Assembly (NCBI GenBank): GCA_965652295.1
Contig: CBFGTS010000009.1
Span: 133,066-197,065, forward strand
Length of the DNA stretch: 64,000 nt
Source: an uncultured Haloferula sp.
GTDB taxonomy: Bacteria; Verrucomicrobiota; Verrucomicrobiia; Verrucomicrobiales; Akkermansiaceae
Direction of reading: 5' to 3'
Shown here: in pieces, positions 21,333-29,604 of the stretch
Layout of the letters: each line of letters begins with the position of its first letter
Numbering within the stretch: position 1 is the stretch's first letter
Translations under genes and position numbers: made by a program
The notes under the pieces: model-generated
Seen by the model: the letters and a program-made list of their open reading frames with translations, nothing else
Database searches by the model: none
What the model was told of the DNA's origin: nothing

Positions 21333-22781
21333 CTACAAACTCCGCCAGATATGCAGCACCGCATAGCTCCGCCAAGGCCTCCACACCTGGGACATCGCTT
21401 CCGCCCGCTTCGCACTGACGCCACCCAGCTTGTTGCGCACCGCGATGTCCTCCTTCGGAAAAGCATCCGGCCAGCGCAATGCCCGCATCGCGATGTAGTG
21501 CGCTGTCCATCGCCCGATTCCCGGCAGTTCGACCAAGCGTGCGATGGCCGCATCCGGATCCGATCCGGCATCAAGCGTCAATGCTCCCGTGTGATACGCC
21601 TTCGCCATCGCGATGATGCTGGCGGCGCGCGTGCTGACAATGCCGAGCTTCGCCACCTCATCGATCTTCGCTGCAGCCACCTTTGAAGCCACGGGCGAAA
21701 GCCGCGACAATTCCGGAAACGGTGTGCTGACCTCCTCTCCGAAGGCCTCGGCAAAGCGGCCGGCCATGGTCGTCGCCGCCTTCACGCTGATCTGCTGCCC
21801 GAGGATCGCCCGGATCGCCATCTCGAAGCCGTCGAAGGCCCCTGGCACCCGCAGTCCCGGATGGGCTGCGACGCTCTTCTCCAGCAGCGGATCCTTCTGC
21901 AAATGCCCGGCGATGAGATCCGGCCTCGCCGCCAGATCGAAGAGATTGCGGAGCCTCCCCAGCAACGCCGGCAGCGCCGGCGTGAGCGAGTGCGTGAACT
22001 CCACCAGCAGCGAATGCTTCTGCGGCGCATGCGTGACGCGCACCCAACCCCTGTGTTTCCCGAGGCGGACCACGCGCGAGTAACCGTCCCGGGTCACGAA
22101 CTCCACACCACGGATGCAGCGACCGCCCAGGAAATCCAAGGTGCCCTGCCAGTCATACGGCGGCCGGTATCCCAGCTGCAGGGTGGAGGTCTCCGCGGCA
22201 CCGATGGCAGCAGCATCCCCCGCCACCTCTTTCCGCATGCGCGTGGGAGGCATCCGGTAGCGGGTGCTGAAAGCGTGGTTGAAGCGGCGAAGACTGGAGA
22301 AGCCACTGGCGAAGGCGACCTCAATGACCGGCAGCTTGGTCTCGGTCAGCAGTTGCTTGGCGAGCAGCAGACGGCGGGTCTGCAGCAACTCGATCGGCGA
22401 AACCCCCAGCTCCTTCTGCACAATCCGGCGCAACTGGCGGGAGCCGACCCCGAACTCCGCCGCGATCTCCTCAAGTCCGGCACCCTCATCGGCCAGTCCT
22501 TCGTGGATCCGCTGCACGATCAGATGGGCCATGCGATGCGCCTTGTCTACCGGTGCATTGCCCGGTGCCAATTCCGGGCGACAGCGGAGGCAGGGTCGGA
22601 AGGAGGCCTTCTCGGCCGCCTCCGCACTTTCAAAAAAGAGACAGTTCTCCGGCTTTGGTGCCTTCACCGTACACACCGGCCGGCAGTAGATGCCGGTGGA
22701 GGTGACGCCGACAAAGAACACGCCATCGAACCGCGGGTCCCGCGAAGTCATGGCCTGGTAGGCGGCTCGATCATCAATCAT
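21333..22781 (-). CDS. alkA: Ada-AlkA fusion: Ada Zn/AraC regulator plus 3-methyladenine DNA glycosylase II
   Basis: SRDPRFDG, TGIYCRPVC and FRPCLRCRP Zn cluster; AraC HTH; AILGQQIS; LPGIGRWTA HhH; WRPWRSYA. Confidence 0.93.
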   Translation of the reverse strand: MIDDRAAYQAMTSRDPRFDGVFFVGVTSTGIYCRPVCTVKAPKPENCLFFESAEAAEKASFRPCLRCRPELAPGNAPVDKAHRMAHLIVQRIHEGLADEGAGLEEIAAEFGVGSRQLRRIVQKELGVSPIELLQTRRLLLAKQLLTETKLPVIEVAFASGFSSLRRFNHAFSTRYRMPPTRMRKEVAGDAAAIGAAETSTLQLGYRPPYDWQGTLDFLGGRCIRGVEFVTRDGYSRVVRLGKHRGWVRVTHAPQKHSLLVEFTHSLTPALPALLGRLRNLFDLAARPDLIAGHLQKDPLLEKSVAAHPGLRVPGAFDGFEMAIRAILGQQISVKAATTMAGRFAEAFGEEVSTPFPELSRLSPVASKVAAAKIDEVAKLGIVSTRAASIIAMAKAYHTGALTLDAGSDPDAAIARLVELPGIGRWTAHYIAMRALRWPDAFPKEDIAVRNKLGGVSAKRAEAMSQVWRPWRSYAVLHIWRSL

Positions 22782-22834
22782 GGTGCTCTCAGATGCCGTT
22801 GCTGCACGAAGCTAGGGCATCCGCAGCACCTCCG

Positions 22835-22888
22835 CTGGCCGTTTTCGGACATGCGATTGTTTTTACTCTCATGTCCGAAAACGGCCAG
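22835..22888. promoter_or_regulatory. Perfect 19-bp inverted repeat in the divergent alkA/ogt promoter region (candidate Ada operator pair)
   Basis: CTGGCCGTTTTCGGACATG (22835-22853), 16-bp spacer, CATGTCCGAAAACGGCCAG (22870-22888). Confidence 0.65.
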
Positions 22889-22921
22889 TAGTTCTTCAAA
22901 ACCGGGTCATACTCCAGCAGA

Positions 22922-23464
22922 ATGAAAGCGACGAAGACGACCTGCCATTTCAAGACTATGCCCTCACCGGTCGGCGAGCTGACCCTCGTGGCAAGCGACA
23001 AGGGCCTCGCCGCGATCCTGTGGGAGAACGATGCCCTGGATCGCGTGAAACTCGGGGAGATGATGGAAAGCCACGACCATCCTGTGCTCCTCGAAACGGA
23101 GCGGCAGTTGAAGGACTACTTCGAGGGAAGGTTGGAGAAGTTCACGGTGAATCTCGATTTCGCGACCGGAACCGATTTCCAGAAGCGGGTCTGGCGAGCC
23201 CTGACCACCATCCCCTTTGGCGAAACCCGGAGCTATGCACAGATCGCGGAGCAGATCGGAAGTCCCACCGCCGTCCGTGCGGTCGGTGCCGCCAATGGCA
23301 AAAACCCCATTTCGATCATCGCACCCTGCCACCGGGTGATCGGCTCGAATGGCAAACTCACGGGCTTCGCCGGCGGCCTGGAAGCGAAAGCCTACCTCCT
23401 CGGCCTCGAATCCAAGAATGGCCCACAGGCCGGATCGTCCCAAGGAATACTTTCCCTCGCCTAG
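22922..23464 (+). CDS. ogt: O6-methylguanine-DNA methyltransferase
   Basis: GTDFQKRVW, IPFGETRSY, RAVGAANGKNP and active-site PCHRV. Confidence 0.95.
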   Translation: MKATKTTCHFKTMPSPVGELTLVASDKGLAAILWENDALDRVKLGEMMESHDHPVLLETERQLKDYFEGRLEKFTVNLDFATGTDFQKRVWRALTTIPFGETRSYAQIAEQIGSPTAVRAVGAANGKNPISIIAPCHRVIGSNGKLTGFAGGLEAKAYLLGLESKNGPQAGSSQGILSLA

Positions 23465-23486
23465 CGAAGGAAGAGGACGCGTTCCA

Positions 23487-23523
23487 CCGCTCCACCGGAC
23501 AGACCATCTTCGGCAAGGTGTGA
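23487..23523 (+). repeat. Direct repeat copy 2: orphan fbaA 3' end
   Basis: CCGCTCCACCGGACAGACCATCTTCGGCAAGGTGTGA encodes the same RSTGQTIFGKV-stop; AAGGAAG conserved 20 bp upstream in both copies. Confidence 0.9.
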
Positions 23524-23588
23524 CTACGGAGAGCGGCCTTACGCAAGTCGCTCCTCTTCATACCCACAGGCCTCAAGCCCCCTCTCCC

Positions 23589-23616
23589 AAGCCCGGCGCA
23601 CCCCGCCGGGCTTTTT
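23589..23616 (+). terminator. Intrinsic terminator
   Basis: AAGCCCGGCG-CACCC-CGCCGGGCTTTTT. Confidence 0.8.
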
Positions 23617-23725
23617 CGTGTCCACCCCGATGGAGCGGGCTCTTCAAGCCGCCCCCCATGGGCGAGCCCATGACACAATCCAGAGTGGAGAGGTTTCCAC
23701 CCACCAAGACGCCACGAACTTCACG

Positions 23726-24256
23726 TCAGCTCTCGTGCTGGCCCCCACATGCACCCAGCGCACTGAGGCAAGCCGCCAAGTCGGCGGAAGTCCTCACGTG
23801 AAAGAACCGTGGGGACATGGACCCTTCATCGAGAATCTCCGGCCGGACCCTCAAGGGGAACCTCCAAATCAGCCGGAACAGCGTCGGAATGATCAGGATC
23901 TCCGGACACCTCTCCGGCAAACCCGGCCGCGACCGAAAGAGGAACCGCCAGTTTCGCTTCATCACACGCAGAAACGAGATTCTCCTCGGGACGTCGAGAA
24001 ACACGACCGTGTCGGCTCGCGCCTGCACCTCAAACGAGACTCCGTCGATCACCCATGCATCCCGCTTCACGAATTCGCCGATCATTTCCGATCTCTCGTC
24101 GGCTCCCCGCTTCTTCCACCCCGGCTGCCATATCACGCAGTCCAAACCATGCAAAGGAAGAGACAACTCGGCGGCGATGCGCCTCGCCACGGTGGATTTC
24201 CCCGAGCCCGCGTTGCCAGTCACCAGAATGCGTTTGGACCCTCCCGCCTGAGGCAT
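23726..24256 (-). CDS. P-loop adenylate-kinase-like protein (topology modulation protein/FlaR family)
   Basis: RILVTGNAGSGKST, LDCVIWQPGW, WVIDG, ADTVVFLD and GLPERCPE; start 24256 or 24265. Confidence 0.8.
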   Translation of the reverse strand: MPQAGGSKRILVTGNAGSGKSTVARRIAAELSLPLHGLDCVIWQPGWKKRGADERSEMIGEFVKRDAWVIDGVSFEVQARADTVVFLDVPRRISFLRVMKRNWRFLFRSRPGLPERCPEILIIPTLFRLIWRFPLRVRPEILDEGSMSPRFFHVRTSADLAACLSALGACGGQHES

Positions 24257-24257
24257 C

Positions 24258-24674
24258 CTACTCATACGATGTGTAAATTGCCACCAGCTCGCCATCACTA
24301 GAGTAAACCACATCGAGCGGAGCCGACCACAGCAGCAGGTACTGGATCATCCGCTCTCCCGCTTGAAGGCGGTGCTCGCAGCCCCACGCCGACTCGGATG
24401 GTTGAATCTCCTTCTTCGAATAGAGCGACAAATACGATTCCAGTTCGACTTCCGAGCGAGGCTTCGCCGGGGACCATTTCGATTCCAAGTGCAGCGCCCA
24501 CAAATAAGGAGCGCTCCCCGAAACCGTAACAAGGAACACCACCACAAAGGCGACACCCCCGGTACCCGCGAACCACCGCACCCACTTCTGCCGGTACCGG
24601 AGCGCTGCAATGATCAAGCCAGTGCCCAAAAGTAGTGGCACCACAAAAAGTAGGCTGACGGCTGACCCATTCAT
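24258..24674 (-). CDS. Hypothetical membrane protein
   Basis: Two N-terminal hydrophobic helices; stop lies 1 nt before the next gene's ATG. Confidence 0.55.
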   Translation of the reverse strand: MNGSAVSLLFVVPLLLGTGLIIAALRYRQKWVRWFAGTGGVAFVVVFLVTVSGSAPYLWALHLESKWSPAKPRSEVELESYLSLYSKKEIQPSESAWGCEHRLQAGERMIQYLLLWSAPLDVVYSSDGELVAIYTSYE

Positions 24675-24850
24675 GGATGAGACGGAGGAGACGGAGTTCA
24701 GGTCGATCACGGTCGATACCGTCCTACGTTCGCTCATCTCTTTTGTCGAGGTCGCAGCGATCTCAAGGAAGAGCCGATACGCGATCGCCGGGGCCTCCGC
24801 TCATTGGCCCTATATACGCTTCGGCAGACACGTTCCGCCGTTCCTTTGGA

Positions 24851-26821
24851 TCACCCCGCCTTGCGCGCGAGCGGGTCCATGATTTCCAGCCAGGGCCTGG
24901 TGAGGCCATCCGGCCAGCGTTTCCATAGCTCCATATGCAGCCGGCCCACGGCGTGAGGATCGGAAATCAAGGCCATGCGATCGGATTCGTTGAGACCGGC
25001 GGTGCCAGCACCAAGCACATAGGGATCGATGTCCACCGTTGCCGTAACGGAAGTTTCTCCCAGCAGAGCGAGGTGGGCGGCGTTCCAAACCGGGTCGGCG
25101 AGAAGCATTTCGAGATCATCCGGGGGCGTGTCGGATTCTCCGTCCGCGCCCAGGGCGATGGCGACCTCCGGGGGAGGCTGGATTTCCTCCGGCGTGCGGA
25201 AAAGCCCGCGCAGGGAGGGCCACGCGCGGCTGCTGACCACAGAGATCGCGGGACTGGCGAGCAAGCCGAGGATGACCGGCGAGGCGAGCACCATCGCCGC
25301 CACGCCACCGATCCTCCATGCGAGCAGCGCCAGGACCGCGCCCAGCACCACCTGCCAGCCGTGGGCGATCCAGGCGATCCGCCATGGCGTGCCTTCGGCA
25401 CCGCGATGCTGGGTGTCCCATCCGACGGTTTTCCCCAACAGGTTCCACACAACGAAGCGGGTGTGGAAGGCCATGTTGATCGGCGCGATCAGGGCGGAGA
25501 AAATCGTTTCCAAGGTCGTGCCGGCCACCACCTTCGCGAGGCCGCCGAAGCAGCGACGACTCTCGCGATGGCGCGCGAGGTCGAGCACGCAGAGCATCTT
25601 CGGGAGGAACAGCAGCAACGCGGTGAAGCCGAGGAGCTTCCATGCCGCGGAGGCATCGCTGATCCCGTTTTGCGCCATCACCGGGATGCCCAGCAGCACG
25701 AGCATCAGCCAGAGCGGTGAAGAGACGTAGCCGAGGATGCCATTCAGGAAATGCAGCTTGGTCCGCCAGTGGAACCCACGCACACCCAGCAGGATCGAAT
25801 GCTGGAGATTGCCCTGGCACCAGCGGCGGTCGCGCACGGCAGCATCGATCAGCGACTGCGGACCTTCCTCGTAGCTTCCATCCAACTCCGGTACCAATCG
25901 TACTTCCCAGCCGGCGGAAACCAGCAGCCCCGCCTCGACAAAATCGTGCGAGAGGATCGGTCCACCGAAGGGCTGCCGCCCCGGAAGCTCCGGCAACGCG
26001 CATTCCCGCATGAAGGGCTCCAGCCGGATGATGGCGTTGTGCCCCCAGAAGTTTCCGCCGCCTTGCTGCCAAAAGCCGAGCCCGTCCATGAAGACCGGAC
26101 CGTAAAGACGGTTGGCGAACTGCTGGAGCCGGCCGTAAAGGCTCTCCGCCCCGACCACCCGCGGCATGGTCTGGAACAGCGCCACATTCGGCTCCATCAG
26201 CATCCGCCTGCGCAACTCCCACAAGGTCGGTCCGGTCATGACGCTGTCGGCGTCGAGCACCACGATGAATTCGTAGTCGCCTCCCCGTTCGCGGCAGAAA
26301 TCGGCGACGTTTCCGGCCTTCTTCCCGTGATTCCGCATGCGGTGCCGATAGAAAACGCGGCCCTCCCAAGCCTCGCCGAGAATCCATTCCAACCACGCGC
26401 GTTCCTCGGCGAGCCAGGCATCGGAGCGATTCGAATCGCTCAGGATGTGGAGGTCGAAATGCTCACCCTCTTCACCGGCCGTGACCGATTCCATGATGGC
26501 GCGCAGTCCGCGGAAAACGCGCGCAACCGGCTCGTTGTAAACCGGCATCAGGATGGCCACGCGGCCATTTCCCGGACCCAGCTCCTCGCCAGGCATGGTG
26601 CCCGACCGCGCGCCGGACCACCGGACCCAGACACCGATCGCGGCATGACTGAAGCCGAAGGCCAGATAAAGAAACAGCGCCGCAAAGATACAAAAAAGCG
26701 CCCCTTCGCCAAGGGACCACCCATCTCGCGCAAGCACTTCCGCGAACAGCCCCGCGCCGCTCAGAAAGAGTGCTAGCACGAGACCGAAGAAAGCGACCGC
26801 CTTGGCCGGATTGCTTTTCAT
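24851..26821 (-). CDS. opgH: Periplasmic glucan biosynthesis glucosyltransferase
   Basis: LMPVYNE, ILSDS, KAGNVADF, LDADS, NFWGHNAIIR, LSHDFVEA and RDRRWCQGNLQH. Confidence 0.93.
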   Translation of the reverse strand: MKSNPAKAVAFFGLVLALFLSGAGLFAEVLARDGWSLGEGALFCIFAALFLYLAFGFSHAAIGVWVRWSGARSGTMPGEELGPGNGRVAILMPVYNEPVARVFRGLRAIMESVTAGEEGEHFDLHILSDSNRSDAWLAEERAWLEWILGEAWEGRVFYRHRMRNHGKKAGNVADFCRERGGDYEFIVVLDADSVMTGPTLWELRRRMLMEPNVALFQTMPRVVGAESLYGRLQQFANRLYGPVFMDGLGFWQQGGGNFWGHNAIIRLEPFMRECALPELPGRQPFGGPILSHDFVEAGLLVSAGWEVRLVPELDGSYEEGPQSLIDAAVRDRRWCQGNLQHSILLGVRGFHWRTKLHFLNGILGYVSSPLWLMLVLLGIPVMAQNGISDASAAWKLLGFTALLLFLPKMLCVLDLARHRESRRCFGGLAKVVAGTTLETIFSALIAPINMAFHTRFVVWNLLGKTVGWDTQHRGAEGTPWRIAWIAHGWQVVLGAVLALLAWRIGGVAAMVLASPVILGLLASPAISVVSSRAWPSLRGLFRTPEEIQPPPEVAIALGADGESDTPPDDLEMLLADPVWNAAHLALLGETSVTATVDIDPYVLGAGTAGLNESDRMALISDPHAVGRLHMELWKRWPDGLTRPWLEIMDPLARKAG

Positions 26822-26831
26822 CTCATCGTCC

Positions 26832-27098
26832 TCACAAGCCCATGGCCGCCATCAGGGCAATGGTTCCGACCAAGGAAGAAGCCAGCAGAGGCATGGTGGC
26901 CCGCTGCCAGACGGGCCGGATGTAATGCCGACGGCTCCAGCCAAACTCGAAGGCGCGCGCCTCCATGGCCGCCGATCGACCGGGCGGTGCCACGCGTTCC
27001 GCAAGCGTGTGACGCAGGCCGCGTGCCGCCTCCTCCATGGAGTCGCCATCGGTGGCGGTCAGCCGGCGATAGATCACGATGTTCGCTTCAGGATTCAT
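26832..27098 (-). CDS. Small protein between opgG and opgH (possibly a detached OpgH N-terminal segment)
   Basis: ATG overlaps the opgG stop (ATGA); ends 10 bp before opgH; C-terminal hydrophobic helix. Confidence 0.55.
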   Translation of the reverse strand: MNPEANIVIYRRLTATDGDSMEEAARGLRHTLAERVAPPGRSAAMEARAFEFGWSRRHYIRPVWQRATMPLLASSLVGTIALMAAMGL

Positions 27099-28651
27099 GT
27101 TTCGGGGTGCCATAGATAACTCCATGTTTCGGTAAGGGTGCGGCCATCGGGCTGCAGTTCGAGAAAGCATCGCAGTTCGACCGGCTCCGTGTTGTGATCG
27201 TCGGTATCCAGCTTGAAGGCCACCCGCCACGAGCCGGTGTGCTCGTTCTTGAAGCAGCGGTTCTCGGTGACGAAGCCGTTGGCGCTGGAGGTGATTTCGG
27301 CGAAGACCTTGCTGTGGCGGTCCAGCCCCTGGAGCGTCGGCCCATCGAAATCGACGATGAACCTCCGGGTGTCGCGGAAGGTCGGATCGACGCCCACCCG
27401 GGTCGCGACCGCTCTCTCCGGCGAAAGGCTATCCTCCAGGTGCATCTTGGATTTCAGCACGTACGAGTACCGTAGTGGTTCTCCGGATCCCGGCCCGGGC
27501 TGTTCCGCCGGTTCGTAGAAGGCGACGACATTGTCGAAGGTCTCATAGCTGGTCGGCAGCTCGACCAGCCGCACCGCACCCGGGCCCCAGCCCTCGCGCG
27601 CCTCCACCCAGTAGCTCGGGGTCAGGTGATAGGGGTTGTCGAGGTCCTGATAGTTGGTGAAATCGCGGTCGCGCTGGAGCACGCCGAAGCCGCGGGGCCG
27701 ATCGACGGCAAAGGCCGAGTAGCGGATGAGTTTCTGGTTCACCAAAGGCCGCCAGATCATTTCACCGGTCGAGGCGGCGACCAGCAGACCATCGGAATCA
27801 TGAACCTCCGGTCGCCAGTCCTGAAAGCAACGTTCGGCGGAGTTTTCGCCGAAGAGAAACATCGAGGTCACCGGTGCCAGGCCAAGGGATTTCACCTCCT
27901 GGCGAAAGAACAGCGAGGCCGAAACGTCCGTTTCCGTGCTGACGCCGGGCACGATGCGGAACGAGAACGCGCCCGTGAGGCTGGGGCTGTCCAGCAGCGA
28001 GAAAATCCGCAACTCGCGATCCCCGGGCTCCGGCTTGACCAACCAGTGGGCGATGAAATCCGGGAACTCTTCGAGCGCCTCGGGGTGCGCCACGTTGAGC
28101 GCCAGCGCCCGCGCCGAAATGCCGTAGCGTTGATCCTGACCGAGAATGCGGAAATAGCTGGCACCGACAAACGCACCGATCTCATCCCACTGCTCCGGTC
28201 CGCCATTGATGGGATACTGGATGCGAAACCCGGCATAGCCCGCCAGCGTCGACCACTCCACCTCATCCTCCAGCACCAGGGAGCCATAGTCGTAGCGCGA
28301 GGGATCGAAGGGAACCCGCTCGATCTCCGAGCCCCCGCCGGAAATCACGTGGATCGCGACCGGACGCTTGAAGAGGTAGCCCGGGTGAAACAGCTCCACG
28401 CGGAAGGGCAGCTCCTCGCCGGGCCACAGCCGACCCTCCGGAAGCATCCGGATCGCCCGATACTGATCGTAGCTGAGATCCAGCAAGGGCTGCGGGAGGG
28501 CGGCGCTCCCGCTCGGTGCCTGATAGGGCTCGTCCGCCAGCTCGCGGGCCATGGCCTCGACCTCGGCCATGCCGAATGCCTGCGCGGAAGCGGCGATGGG
28601 TGCAAGAAGCACCGCTACGCTCACTCCAGTGCCTGAAATCCTGCGAATCAC
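27095..28651 (-). CDS. opgG: Periplasmic glucan biosynthesis protein G/D
   Basis: LSYDQYRAIR, AGFRI, GASYFR, YGISAR, EEFPDF, RPEVHDSDGL, DNVVAF and TETWSYLW; start uncertain (GTG 28651 or 28624). Confidence 0.9.
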   Translation of the reverse strand: MIRRISGTGVSVAVLLAPIAASAQAFGMAEVEAMARELADEPYQAPSGSAALPQPLLDLSYDQYRAIRMLPEGRLWPGEELPFRVELFHPGYLFKRPVAIHVISGGGSEIERVPFDPSRYDYGSLVLEDEVEWSTLAGYAGFRIQYPINGGPEQWDEIGAFVGASYFRILGQDQRYGISARALALNVAHPEALEEFPDFIAHWLVKPEPGDRELRIFSLLDSPSLTGAFSFRIVPGVSTETDVSASLFFRQEVKSLGLAPVTSMFLFGENSAERCFQDWRPEVHDSDGLLVAASTGEMIWRPLVNQKLIRYSAFAVDRPRGFGVLQRDRDFTNYQDLDNPYHLTPSYWVEAREGWGPGAVRLVELPTSYETFDNVVAFYEPAEQPGPGSGEPLRYSYVLKSKMHLEDSLSPERAVATRVGVDPTFRDTRRFIVDFDGPTLQGLDRHSKVFAEITSSANGFVTENRCFKNEHTGSWRVAFKLDTDDHNTEPVELRCFLELQPDGRTLTETWSYLWHPET

Positions 28652-28662
28652 ACCTCGGGCCT

Positions 28663-28678
28663 TGCACAATCCATACCA
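28663..28678 (-). promoter_or_regulatory. Possible sigma54 (-24/-12) promoter for opgG
   Basis: Minus strand TGGTATGGATTGTGCA has GG-N10-GC spacing. Confidence 0.3.
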
Positions 28679-28736
28679 GCTGAAAGAAAGGCACCGCCGC
28701 CCGCACCGGGTGCGGCTTCCGTAATACGACCCCACC

Positions 28737-29513
28737 ATGGCCGATCCCAAAACCCACCAGGAGCACCCGCTCGCCAACATTTTCGTCAACGTCCTGATCC
28801 CGGTGATGGTGCTCAGCTACCTCAGCAAGGATCCCGTGGTGCAGGAGCAGCTGGGGAAGGAAGTGAAGCCCTGGCACATCGGCCCCCTGAAGGCGATCAT
28901 CGTGGCTCTCGCCCTGCCGCTCGGATACGGCATCTGGCATTTCGCGAAGACGCGGAAACTCAACTTCTTTTCCGGCCTCGGGCTCGTCTCGGTGCTGCTC
29001 ACCGGTGGGCTCACACTTTACCTCTGGAACCAGGACGGCACGGTCAAGGAACACGCCGGCCTGCTCTTCGGGATCAAGGAAGCCGCCATCCCGCTCGCAC
29101 TCGGAATCGGCGTGATGCTCTCGCAACGCTCGGCAACACCGCTGCTGAATGTCTTTCTCTACAACGACTCGCTCTTCGATATCCCGAAAATCGAGAGAAC
29201 CATCGCCGACCGCGGTGCCGACGATGACTACCGGAAGGTGAAAAAACAGGCGACCCTGCTTTTCGCCCTGTCATTCTTCATCAGTTGCGTGCTGAACCTG
29301 CTGCTCGCCCTGTGGTTCTTCCGAGGGTTTGACCGCACCGCCGCCGACGCCTTGGAAAAATACAATGCCATCATCGGCCGGCTCACCGGCTGGGGCTTCG
29401 CGGTGATCGGGGTTCCGCTGCTGGTGTTTCTCTTTTTCACCCTCCGGCAGCTGCTGAAGGGGCTCCGGGAAATCACCGGCCTCAAGGACGAGGAGCTGCT
29501 GCTTCCTCGCTGA
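28737..29513 (+). CDS. VC0807-like membrane protein
   Basis: NIFVNVLIP, ALALPLGYG, SVLLTGG, IKEAAIP and SFFISCVLN pattern. Confidence 0.7.
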   Translation: MADPKTHQEHPLANIFVNVLIPVMVLSYLSKDPVVQEQLGKEVKPWHIGPLKAIIVALALPLGYGIWHFAKTRKLNFFSGLGLVSVLLTGGLTLYLWNQDGTVKEHAGLLFGIKEAAIPLALGIGVMLSQRSATPLLNVFLYNDSLFDIPKIERTIADRGADDDYRKVKKQATLLFALSFFISCVLNLLLALWFFRGFDRTAADALEKYNAIIGRLTGWGFAVIGVPLLVFLFFTLRQLLKGLREITGLKDEELLLPR

Positions 29514-29604
29514 GTTCCTCCCCACGCGACGCCTCCGCGTAATTCCGGGTTGCCGTCACGGGAGATCGGATGTCCTTTTATAGGAAACCATTCTCATCAA
29601 CTCT

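Noticed and set aside
23726..24850. Two accessory-looking genes as another cassette array
   Set aside because: The genes abut each other directly and no attC-like hairpin flanks them.
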